A stretch of DNA of 50,724 bases from Deltaproteobacteria bacterium (GCA_017860575.1 JAGDMS010000007.1:1-50724); one strand, 5' to 3'. Counted from the stretch's first letter, positions 27,766 to 36,508 are shown. The notes: generated by a model from the sequence alone, not told the origin. Program-made: numbers and translations.

Positions 27766-28194
27766 CTAGTTCTTGGCCGTCTGCTCGGGTTCGTACTTTG
27801 ACGGACACGAGGTGAGCACGCTCTGCGCGTGGATCATGCCGTCGCGATACTTACCCTCGACGATCACATCGCTGCCGCCGGCCGCCTTGAACATGTCGGG
27901 GGTGACACCGATGAAATGCACCGCCACGGTACCGTCGCTGCTCCCCTCGGTCTGGAAATCGCCCAGACGGAAGTTCAGCTCCTCGCCCGCAGGCGTCATC
28001 TGCTTGGTGACGCTCCCCAGCTCGACGCGACCGGCAACCCGCACCCCTTCATTTGCCAAGCTGTCTTTACGGGCGAGAAACTCGCTGATGGTGAGGTAGT
28101 ACACAGCAGTTTGCCGGACACCCGAATACATCAAATACCCTACGGCACCAGAGAGCAGCAGCGCCGCGACCCCGAACCGCGCTTTTCTATTCAT
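27766..28194 (-). CDS. ccmE: Heme chaperone CcmE, Cys-type (CxxxY) variant
   Basis: N-terminal anchor and OB-fold body (...FRLGDF...VAVHFIGVTPDMFKAAGG..VIVEGKY). The C-terminal VLTSCPSKYEPE aligns with the canonical VLAKHDENYMPxE, putting Cys (27805-27807) where the heme-binding His normally sits. Confidence 0.9.
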   Translation of the reverse strand: MNRKARFGVAALLLSGAVGYLMYSGVRQTAVYYLTISEFLARKDSLANEGVRVAGRVELGSVTKQMTPAGEELNFRLGDFQTEGSSDGTVAVHFIGVTPDMFKAAGGSDVIVEGKYRDGMIHAQSVLTSCPSKYEPEQTAKN

Positions 28195-28287
28195 GGTTGA
28201 TACTCACGCTAATGGATTCCATCCGTTGTTTCAAGCAAGCTGCATACCTGGACCGAGAGAGACGGCCGGGCTTCGCAACGATGGCAA

Positions 28288-28881
28288 CTACCGGCCTGGC
28301 GTTCCCAAATCTGGCAATAGGGTTTCCACATATCGGGCAATGATATCCGTTTCGATATTGACCGAGTCGCCCGGGCGTTTGCGCATCAGGTTGGTGTGCT
28401 CTTGCGTGTACTGGACCAGGGAGACGGCGAAGCTGTCGGCGGTCTTGTCGATGATCGTGAGGCTGGCGCCGTCGATGGCGACGGGGCCTTTGACGACCAT
28501 GTAGCGCAAGAGTTCCGGCGGCGTCTGGAAGCGGACGATGATGGCATCGCTCTCGGCTTGTGTCGATGCGAGCGTTGCCGTGCCTTCGACGACGCCGCGC
28601 ACGATGTGCCCGCTGAGCCGGTCCTGCGGTCGGACCGAGCGTTCGAGATTGACGGCGTCGCCCTGCTTGAGCAGGCCGAGATTCGACCGCCGATACGTCT
28701 CGGGCATGACGTTCGCCTGGAACGTGTTGCCATCGAGCCCTGCCACGGTCAAGTCGACCCCATTGATGGCGATCGAGTCGCCCAGCTTGGCATCCGCCAG
28801 GATTTGCCGTGCTCGGATGCGCAGTTCACCCGTGGTGGCATGCACCACTTCCCCAACTTCCTCGATGATTCCGGTAAACAT
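28288..28881 (-). CDS. ribE: Riboflavin synthase (alpha chain)
   Basis: MFTGIIEEVGEV...LGDSIAINGVDLTV...GHIVRGVVEG...GASLTIID shows the duplicated lumazine-binding repeats. Confidence 0.95.
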   Translation of the reverse strand: MFTGIIEEVGEVVHATTGELRIRARQILADAKLGDSIAINGVDLTVAGLDGNTFQANVMPETYRRSNLGLLKQGDAVNLERSVRPQDRLSGHIVRGVVEGTATLASTQAESDAIIVRFQTPPELLRYMVVKGPVAIDGASLTIIDKTADSFAVSLVQYTQEHTNLMRKRPGDSVNIETDIIARYVETLLPDLGTPGR

Positions 28882-28961
28882 CCGCGGTGATCGTTCCTTT
28901 CAGGGCGGGCTTCGCTGCAGTCCAAAGTCTAAAGTCCAAATCAACCTGTCATGCACAGCAG

Positions 28962-29047
28962 CCTGTCATGCCCGCGAAAGCGGGCATCCATGGGCAAGGA
29001 ACGGTGCCCCGGTCCAACGATGGATTCCCCTTTCGCGGGCATGACAA
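28962..29047. mobile_element. MITE-like palindromic element of a second hairpin-repeat family
   Basis: Left arm: CCTGTCATGCCCGCGAAAGCGGGCATCCATGG. Reverse complement of right arm: TTGTCATGCCCGCGAAAGGGGAATCCATCG. A 24-bp spacer separates them. Each arm has an ATGCCCGC-GAAA-GCGGGCAT type hairpin. A partial extra copy (CCTGTCATGC) lies at about 28945-28954. Confidence 0.6.
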
Positions 29048-29181
29048 CAATGCATTCGGCAGAATGATCATCCAAGCTTCTGGCTGAGGAGCCTAGCAGC
29101 GCAGATCGTAGATTGCAGGTGCCGGGACTTTAGCGCAAGGGGCGGCCGGGTGGCCTCGGTATTCCTTTCCGTCAAGTAACC

Positions 29182-29991
29182 TCAGTGTAGCACGCCGGGC
29201 TGGTTGAGAAAGTCCAGCACCGCCGCGTTGAACTCGGCGGGGCGCTCCATTGGTGACATGTGCCCGGCACCGGGGATGACCGCGCGCTGGCACTGCGGGA
29301 TGGCGTCGGCCATGGCGTTCATGACGTCGACGGGGGTGATCGCGTCGTGCTCACCTGCCAGCGCAAGCGTCTGCACGGCGATGTCGGGCAGGTGGGGGGT
29401 GGCGTCCGGCCGCGTGGCCAGCGCGCGCAGCGCGGCCACCATGGTGGCCGGCGCCGTTCGCAACATCATCTGACGGATGCGCTCGACCACGTGCGGCTGC
29501 TGCTCGAACGTGGTCGCCGCCACCAGTTTTGGCAGCATGGTGTCCACCACGGCGGCCGAGCCGGTTGCGTGCACCCGTTCGATCAGCGCGATGCGGTCTG
29601 CGGCGCCGGCGGCGGTGTCGGCGTTGGCGCGGGTGTCGCAGAGGAGCAGCGCCCGTACCCGGGACGCGTACTTGCGGTGCAAGGCCAGCGCGACGTACCC
29701 GCCCATCGAAAGGCCGCAGACGATGGCGCGCTCCCGAATCTGCATGGCATCCAGCAGCGCCGCCACATCGTCGGCCAGCGACTCGATCGTCAGGGTTTGT
29801 CTACCCAGCGGCGTGCGGCCGAAACCCCGCTGATCGGGGGCAATCACGCGGCAGCGGTGCGCGAACGGGTCGAATTGCGCGTCCCACATCGTGTGATCCA
29901 GGGGAAAGCCGTGGAGCAACAGCAACGGCACCCCACTGCCGCGCACCACCGTGTGCAGATCGATGTCGCCTATCGCGATTGTCTCCGACAC
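29182..29991 (-). CDS. Alpha/beta-fold hydrolase
   Basis: PLLLLHGFPLDHTMW, nucleophile elbow GLSMGG and a C-terminal GAGHMSPMERP (catalytic His). Confidence 0.9.
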   Translation of the reverse strand: MSETIAIGDIDLHTVVRGSGVPLLLLHGFPLDHTMWDAQFDPFAHRCRVIAPDQRGFGRTPLGRQTLTIESLADDVAALLDAMQIRERAIVCGLSMGGYVALALHRKYASRVRALLLCDTRANADTAAGAADRIALIERVHATGSAAVVDTMLPKLVAATTFEQQPHVVERIRQMMLRTAPATMVAALRALATRPDATPHLPDIAVQTLALAGEHDAITPVDVMNAMADAIPQCQRAVIPGAGHMSPMERPAEFNAAVLDFLNQPGVLH

Positions 29992-30134
29992 CTGTCACCT
30001 CCCGTTGATCGCGTGCGTGCCCTGCGCTGCCAGCAACCGCGCATACCGTCTAACATGCCGGCGCCGGCGCCAGCCACCCCCCGTCTTCGAAATCCTCTGC
30101 CGCCATGCTAACCGTAACCTCAGGGAGAATCACT

Positions 30135-31838
30135 ATGGACAAAATGCTGCGCGTAAACATGTCGGAGCTGACGGTTCGGGAAGAGCCGTTTCCGCAGGAG
30201 TGGACCTTTCTCGGCGGCCGGGCGCTGTCGGCGAGGATCCTGTTGAAAGAGGTCGATGCCAAGTGTGACCCCCTTGGGGCCGAGAACAAGCTCATTTTCG
30301 CACCCGGTGTCCTCTCCGGATCCATCGCACCGACCTCCGGCCGCATGAGCGTCGGAGCGAAAAGTCCACTGACCGCGGGGATCAAGGAAGCGAATTCCGG
30401 CGGGCAGGCCGGGCAGAAGCTGATGCGGCTTGGGTATCGCGCGCTCCTCGTCGAGGGCAAGGCCAAGGACCCGGCGAAGCGTTACCTGCTGGCGCTCAAA
30501 TCGAGTGGGGTCGAGCTGCGCGAGTGTCCCGAGCTCAAAGGCTTGCGGACCTATGCGTGTTCGGAACGGCTTGCCGACTGCTACTCCGGGCGCGCTGCCT
30601 TTGTGATGTGCGGCTCAGCCGGTGAACTCGGTCTGCATGGGGCCAGCATCGCCTTCACCGATGAGGGCAAGCGGCATCCGTCACGGCACGCGGCCCGCGG
30701 TGGGCTGGGTGCGGTGATGGGCTCGAAGGGGTTGAAAGCGGTGGTTGTCGACGACGAGGGCACGCGCGCGCGCCAGGCAGCGGACGCGGCCGGCTTCCGC
30801 GCCTTCGTCACGCAGTATAGCAAGGACTATAAAGCCGGTCCGCAGTTCCTGCAGTACGGTACGGCGGTCAATGTCAATCTCGCCAACATGATGAGCACGT
30901 TCCCGACGCGCAACCGCCGCGAGATGCAGTTCGAGGGGGCGGCCTCGCTCGACGGCAGCAACATCCTGCAGAACTACCTGGTGCGTGGCGGCTCCCAGCA
31001 CGGCTGCATGAGCGGTTGCATCGTGCAGTGCTCGAACACCGTCAATGACGCCGAGGGCAAGTATGTGACGTCGGCGTTGGAGTTCGAGACCGTTGCCTTG
31101 TGCGGCTCGAATTGCGCCATCGCGGATCTGGACAAAGTCGCCAGGATTGACCGCCTGTGCGACGAGCTGGGTCTCGACACCATCGAAACCGGCGGCGCCA
31201 TCGGGCTGGCGATGGAATGCGGCGCGTTGCCGTTCGGCGACGCCGACGGCGTCATCGCGTTGTTGGAGAAGGTCGACAAAGGAGATGCGTTGGCGGAGGC
31301 GATCGGACATGGCGTGGTGGCGGTGGCCAAGCGTTTCAACACCGACCGGGTTCCCGCCGTTCGCGGGCAAGGTCTGCCGGCGTGGGAACCACGCACGCTC
31401 AACGCCACGGGCGTCACCTACGCCAGCAGCGCCATGGGCGGCGATCACACGGCGGGTCTGATCCTCGCCCCGGCGGACGACAACGCGCGCGCGTCGCAGG
31501 AGGCGCAGTTGATCAATGCGCTGTGCGATTCCAGCGGCTTCTGCCAGTTCCAGGGCCCGGGGATCGACGACATGCGCATTCTATACAACGCCCTGTACGG
31601 CGGTTCGCTGACGTTCGAGGACATGGTCGACATTGGCTGGCAGTGCCTGGAGGACGAGTGGGAGTTCAACCGCCGCGCCGGCTTCACCCTGGACGACTAT
31701 GATCTGCCGGAGTGGATGCGCACCGAAGCGGTGCCGTCGAACGGCGCGGTCTTCGCCGTACCCAAGGAGGAGATCCAGCGCGTCTTCCAGCGCATGCCGA
31801 TCTCGGATGAGCTGCGGATGAAGAAAGCCATCGGGTGA
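30135..31838 (+). CDS. aor: Aldehyde:ferredoxin oxidoreductase family (tungstopterin enzyme), paralog 1
   Basis: Track ORF 30105-31838; GGGAGA precedes the ATG at 30135. LRVNMSEL...GGRALSARILL...DPLGAENKLIFAPGVLSG...SGRMSVGAKSPLTAGIKEANSGG, and the 4Fe-4S Cys cluster region GSQHGCMSGCIVQCSN. Confidence 0.9.
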   Translation: MDKMLRVNMSELTVREEPFPQEWTFLGGRALSARILLKEVDAKCDPLGAENKLIFAPGVLSGSIAPTSGRMSVGAKSPLTAGIKEANSGGQAGQKLMRLGYRALLVEGKAKDPAKRYLLALKSSGVELRECPELKGLRTYACSERLADCYSGRAAFVMCGSAGELGLHGASIAFTDEGKRHPSRHAARGGLGAVMGSKGLKAVVVDDEGTRARQAADAAGFRAFVTQYSKDYKAGPQFLQYGTAVNVNLANMMSTFPTRNRREMQFEGAASLDGSNILQNYLVRGGSQHGCMSGCIVQCSNTVNDAEGKYVTSALEFETVALCGSNCAIADLDKVARIDRLCDELGLDTIETGGAIGLAMECGALPFGDADGVIALLEKVDKGDALAEAIGHGVVAVAKRFNTDRVPAVRGQGLPAWEPRTLNATGVTYASSAMGGDHTAGLILAPADDNARASQEAQLINALCDSSGFCQFQGPGIDDMRILYNALYGGSLTFEDMVDIGWQCLEDEWEFNRRAGFTLDDYDLPEWMRTEAVPSNGAVFAVPKEEIQRVFQRMPISDELRMKKAIG

Positions 31839-31886
31839 GGGGAATGCTCCTGCTGTCAGCGCATTGCACGTTGCGGTCGCGATGCT

Positions 31887-34413
31887 GTCAGGGGATGCTG
31901 CCGGGGCCGCCGAGGTAGGCCACCCCCACCGCCTGCCGCCCCGGCACGCTCCACGTATCGTACGGGCTCGGCGCCCCGCTCGGGTCGTCCACGACCGCCC
32001 ACGTATCGCCCGCGTCCGCCGACCGATACAGCACCTCCGCCCAGCGGGTGCCAGCCACTCGCCGTCTTCTCCTGGTACGTGTGCTCCACCGTCAGCAGCA
32101 CCTCATTCTGCGGACTGATCGCCAGCGCAACCGGCCAATCCCCATGCGAGTGCCCATCCGCCGTCCATTGATCGACGTCGGGCCGTACCATCGCCCAACT
32201 CTGCCCCTGATCCCGCGACCGCCACACCGACCCGGGGCCACACGGCGTGCCCGCCAGAATGACACTGCCCGCCCCCTCCACCTGATTCCACGCCATCGTG
32301 GTGACCCAACAGGCGAACACGTCCGCCCCGCTCAGCGCTGTCCACGTCGTGCCGCGATCGGTCGACACTTGCAGAGCAGCCCAGCACTGGTGCCGGACAG
32401 CAGCACCACCGGCTCCCCTGACCCCTTGCGGCCCACGTACAATAGGCCCGGCCCCCACCCCCAGGCCCCCGCGAAGCCGTCCACACTGATGACGACGGTC
32501 TGTCCCGCTGCCAGCACCAGTGTCACCTGCGATTGCAGCCCCAAGCCGGTGGAGTCGTCGTCGCAGGCCAACTCCGCGCCGCTGCACGTGGCGGTACGTA
32601 CGGATACGATCGTATCAAACGCCGAGCCGCTCGTATCGATCCGATACGTCCCGTCTACCGGCGCGGTCCACTGATAGCTGGCATCCGGGGCCTGGCTGCC
32701 GCCGTCGCCGCAGGAGGCATCGGCGACATAGTTGGTCCCGCCGGTGGTGGTGCCCGACACGGTCAGCGGCACGGTGCTGCCCAGGTCGTCCTGCGGGCAT
32801 CCCGTGGTACCGGTGGCCGCCGGGGTCGCGGTTGCCGTCGGAGTGTCAGCCAGCGGTGGTGTCAACGTAGGGGTCGGCGTCCGCGTGGCTGTGGGTGTCG
32901 GCGTCATGCTAGCGGTTTTCGTCGGCGTCGGCGTATCGGTCGCTGTGGGGATGGCGGTCGGGGTGAGGGTCCCGGTTGCCGTGTTTGTCGGTGTCGGTGT
33001 CGGCGTATCGGTGGGCGTGGCCGTCGGGGTCAGGGTTGGCGTTGCGGTGCCCGTGGGGGTGGGGGAGTCGGCGTCGGGCTCGCAGTCGCTGTGGTGGTGG
33101 CCGTGGGGCTCCACGTGGGGGTCCGGGTGGGCGTCGCGGTCGGCGTGGCGGTGCGGGTGGGTGTCGCCGTCGCCGTCCACGTCGGTGTCCGCGTTGGCGT
33201 TGCGGTCGGCGTGGGCGTTGGGGTGCGCGTGGCCGTGGGCGTCTCGGTGGGCACCCCGGCCAGCGTATAATTCACCTGGAGCGTTGGCGCGTTTGGCGGC
33301 AGCGACCCGTCGAAACTCCGCAGGTACACATAGTTGTCGGACGTCGGTGCACCCCCGTCCACGGCCAGTCGCAGATACGTGGTGCCGGTGGTGCTGATAG
33401 TGCCCACGTTCGACAGTGCCATCGCGTTGGAGCCAATCACCAGGGAGCTGATCGGGACCGAGAACGCCGTTGCGATTGGCGTTGCGCCCACGTAATCCTC
33501 GCAGCCCACCGACGCCCCCCAGTTGTACCAATCCCCTTGCCAGTTGCGATTCCAGGGGGTCGTGCGGGCCGTGACCGTGGCGCTAAACGACGCGCTGGTC
33601 ACGGTGGCCGCGCTGGTCAAGCTCGACGTGTTCCAGCGGACAAGCCCGTACTCGGTAAAATCCGCCCCGGGCCACACATAGCTGCGCTGACTATAGAGAA
33701 ACAGCTCGGTGGAACTCGCGTTGACACAGGGCGGGGGATACCCGTAGGAGCCGCTTCCCCTCACCGTGCCGTCGTCGGCACTCGCCGCCACGGAAAAGGT
33801 CGTGGTGGGGTCGATCACGTAGGGAAACGCGCTGGCCGGCAGGACGGAGTCGTCGTAAGTAAACTGGAGTTGGCCGCCCGCCCCCAATTGCCATGCTCCT
33901 GCCTTCTCGGTCACCTGGTCGCCGCGGTGGATGGTCGCCCGCGGCACGGTGAGCGTCCCGGCCACGGCATTGCCCTGGTCATCGATAGTGAATTCAGCTT
34001 GGTTGCCCACGCGCTGATAGGCAAACATATAGGTCTGCAGGCCGCGCGCGGCGGCCACCGTCGCTGTCTGCTTCACCCCGCGCGGCGTGGTAGTGCAACG
34101 GGCCGGCCGCGATGACCGCGGTGAAGCTGCCGTCGGCGCGGCGGAAGTGTTTCGCATTGAGGGCGCGCTTTCCGACGACTTCCACGGCGCTCGCCGGCAA
34201 CCGGAACGCGGTCGGATCGCTGAGCGTTGGCCCGGACACTGGTGTGGACGCTGCCAGCGTCGGTGTGGGTGCGGGTGTGCTCGGTGCCAGGGCCACCTGG
34301 GCCGACACTGATCGCACATTCACGGGGCCGGCGAGCATGGAAACGGTCACCGCAAGCAAGACGAAGACGACTTGACCATACCGCGCGATCCTGCTCGTGC
34401 GTGCTCCCACCAT
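31887..34413 (-). pseudogene. Decayed secreted multidomain gene (signal peptide / lectin-like domain / Pro-Thr linker / pre-peptidase-C-terminal-like domain / BNR Asp-box repeats) with at least 4 frame changes
   Basis: AAGGAG precedes the ATG at 34413, followed by a signal peptide (VVFVLLAVTVSMLAGPVNVRSVSA). The coding signal then hops between track ORFs 33994-34413, 33030-34319, 32332-33531 and 31856-32587, plus a fifth unlisted frame ending at TGA 31889-31887. Asp boxes present: [24 protein letters not shown]. Confidence 0.7.
32803..33260 (-). repeat. Low-complexity Pro/Thr-rich linker-coding repeats
   Basis: (T/A)PT(x) units in two frames (…[22 protein letters not shown]… and …[24 protein letters not shown]…). 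They create long spurious ORFs on both strands. Confidence 0.8.
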
Positions 34414-34465
34414 GGTGAAGGGCTCCTTAACCCACCACGGGCGTGTGGTCTATGACAATGATCAT

Positions 34466-34474
34466 GGGGGGGGG
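34466..34474. repeat. G9 homopolymer in a divergent intergenic region
   Basis: ATCATGGGGGGGGGAATG. It lies 53 nt upstream of the ATG at 34413 and directly abuts the AT-rich island. Confidence 0.9.
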
Positions 34475-34505
34475 AATGATAGATGTCTTTCATCTATATA
34501 TATAT

Positions 34506-34535
34506 TTACTACACAAATATCTTCCTACGTATATT
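34506..34535 (+). promoter_or_regulatory. Candidate sigma70-type promoter facing AOR paralog 2
   Basis: TTACTA, then 18 nt, then TATATT, inside the only strongly AT-rich stretch of the window. This rests on sequence resemblance alone. Confidence 0.25.
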
Positions 34536-34703
34536 TACGGAGGCGCCGGGCGTCGCACTCGCCTACCGTGGCTACCGCAGCCTGGCAGGGGGCGGCCGAG
34601 TCGGAGAGGCCGTCGCCGTCATTGTCTGAACCGTTGCTCCCAACTTGGTTTCCGAGCCATCGCAATTGCACGGATCGGTCGACAACCGCACTCTTCCCAA
34701 GCG

Positions 34704-34737
34704 CCGTGGTGCCATGCTAAGGGCGGAGGCACCACGG
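34704..34737 (+). promoter_or_regulatory. 10-bp perfect stem hairpin abutting the AOR2 Shine-Dalgarno
   Basis: CCGTGGTGCC, a 14-nt loop (ATGCTAAGGGCGGA), then GGCACCACGG. The 3' arm overlaps the first two nt of GGAGG (34736-34740), 6 nt before the ATG at 34747. Confidence 0.5.
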
Positions 34738-34746
34738 AGGTTGCAT

Positions 34747-36508
34747 ATGGACAAGATCCTGCGCGTGAACATGACGGACCTATCGGTGAAGGAAGAACCG
34801 TACCCGGAGGAGTGGAGACTCCTCGGCGGGCGGGCGCTGACGGCCAAGATCCTGCTGAAAGAGGTCGACCCGGAATGCGATCCGCTGGGGCCGGACAACA
34901 AGGTGATCTTTGCGCCCGGTGCCCTGTCCGGGTCGGTGGTCCCGACCTCCGGACGGATGAGCGTGGGCGCCAAGAGCCCGCTGACCGACGGGATCAAGGA
35001 AGCCAATTCCGGCGGGCAGGCGGGGCAGAAGCTGATCCGGCTCGGCTACCGCGCGCTCATCGTTGAAGGGAAGTGCAAGGACCCGGAAAAACGCCACCTG
35101 ATCTTCATCAACAAGAACGGGGTCGAGATCCGCGAGTGCCCCGAACTCAAGGGCCTGCGCACGTATCCCGCGTCCGAAAAGCTGGGTGCCCAGTTCTCCA
35201 AACGAGCGGCGTTCATGTTGTGCGGTCCAGCGGGGGAGCGTGGGTTTCAGGGCGCCAGCGTCGCGTTCACGGATGAGGGACCACGTCACCCCTCCCGCCA
35301 CGCGGCCCGCGGCGGTCTGGGTGCCGCCATGGGGGCCAAGGGATTGAAGGCTGTCGTGGTCGACGACGAGGGTGGGTGCCGCCATGGGGGCCAAGGGATT
35401 GAAGGCTGTCGTGGTCGACGACGAGGGAACGCAGCCGCGTCCGGGGAGGACGGGGGCTGATTTCAAGGCACTCACCGTGCAATTTACGAAAGAATTCAAG
35501 GCCGGCCCCAATTATATGGAGTTTGGAACATCCACCAGCGTGCCGATCGCCAACATGATGAGTTCGTTCCCGACGCGCAACCGCCACGAGATGCAGTTCG
35601 AGGCCGCCGATGCGCTGAACGGCACGCACATCATCGAGAACTACGCGACGCGCGGTGGTTCCCAGCACGGCTGCATGACGGGCTGCATCGTGAAGTGCTC
35701 GAACACCGTCAATGACGCGCAAGGGAAGTACGTCACCTCGGCGCTGGAGTTTGAGACGGTTGCACTGTGCGGCTCCAACCTCTGTATCGGCGATCTCGAT
35801 CAGGTGGCGCAGTTGGATCGCCTGTGCGACGACCTGGGCCTTGATACGATCGAGACCGGCGGCGCGCTCGGGCTGGCCATGGAGTGCGGGGCGCTGGCCT
35901 TTGGCGACGGGGCGGCGGCGATTGCGCTGCTCGACCGGGCCGACAAAGGTGACGAACTGGCTGAGACCATTGCCCGTGGCGTCGACGCCGTCGCGCAACG
36001 GTTTCACGTGACGGATCGCGTACCGTCGATTCGCCGGCAAGGCATTCCCGCATGGGAGCCGCGCACGCTGCCGGGGCTCGGCGTGACCTACGCCACCAGC
36101 GCCATGGGCGCCGATCACACCGCCGGCCATGCCATCATGCCCAGCGAGGATCCCGTGCAGGCGTCCCAGGAACTCCAAATTCTTATGGCCCTCACCGATT
36201 CCAGCGGTTTCTGTTATTTCCAGATGGCCACCATCGAGCAGATGCGTGAACTCTACAACGCGTTCTTCGACAAGCAGCTGACGTTTGACGATATGGTGAA
36301 CGTCGGCTGGCAGTGCATGCAGGACGAGTGGGAATTCAATCGCCGTGCCGGCTACGGTCCAGAGGACTGCGATGTGCCCGAATGGTTGCGCACCGAGCTG
36401 GTGCCGTCGACCGGGACCGCCTTCTCCATATCCAAGGAAGATATGGCGCGAATGTTCACGTTGATGCCCATCTCCGACAACATGCGCAAGCGCAAGATGT
36501 ACGAGTAG
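34747..36508 (+). pseudogene. aor: Aldehyde:ferredoxin oxidoreductase paralog 2, disrupted by a 55-bp tandem duplication
   Basis: Track ORFs 34645-35460 and 35372-36508. GGAGG precedes the ATG at 34747. By eye it is roughly 80% nt-identical to paralog 1 over the first 350 nt. Deleting one 55-bp copy restores ...GGLGAAMGAKGLKAVVVDDEGTQPRPG..., colinear with paralog 1. Confidence 0.85.
35318..35427 (+). repeat. Perfect 2 x 55-bp tandem duplication
   Basis: 35318-35372 and 35373-35427 are both TGGGTGCCGCCATGGGGGCCAAGGGATTGAAGGCTGTCGTGGTCGACGACGAGGG, checked base by base. Confidence 0.95.

Noticed and set aside
28887-29087. ORF of 66 aa (…VMPAKAGIHGQG…FPFRGHD…) upstream of ribE.
   Set aside because: It is a translation of the palindromic repeat element. 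The same peptide strings arise wherever this repeat family is inserted.
32803-33260. Possible CRISPR or other spaced-repeat array, in the Pro-Thr repeat region and among the six hairpin modules.
   Set aside because: The periodicity is that of degenerate 6-12-nt coding repeats without unique spacers. The hairpin modules occur as isolated inverted pairs many kb apart. No cas genes are present.
32533-33397. Plus-strand Gly/Arg/Val-rich ORFs (32533-33270, 32732-33397, 32976-34115) opposite the Pro-Thr linker.
   Set aside because: They are mirror images of the low-complexity ACN/CCN codon repeats of the minus-strand gene and have no independent coding evidence.
34700-34720. Possible sigma54 -24/-12 element (TGGTGCCATGCTAAGG) upstream of AOR2.
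   Set aside because: The GG-to-GC spacing is about 3 nt shorter than the TGGCAC-N5-TTGC consensus. The equivalent region of AOR1 lacks the GG.
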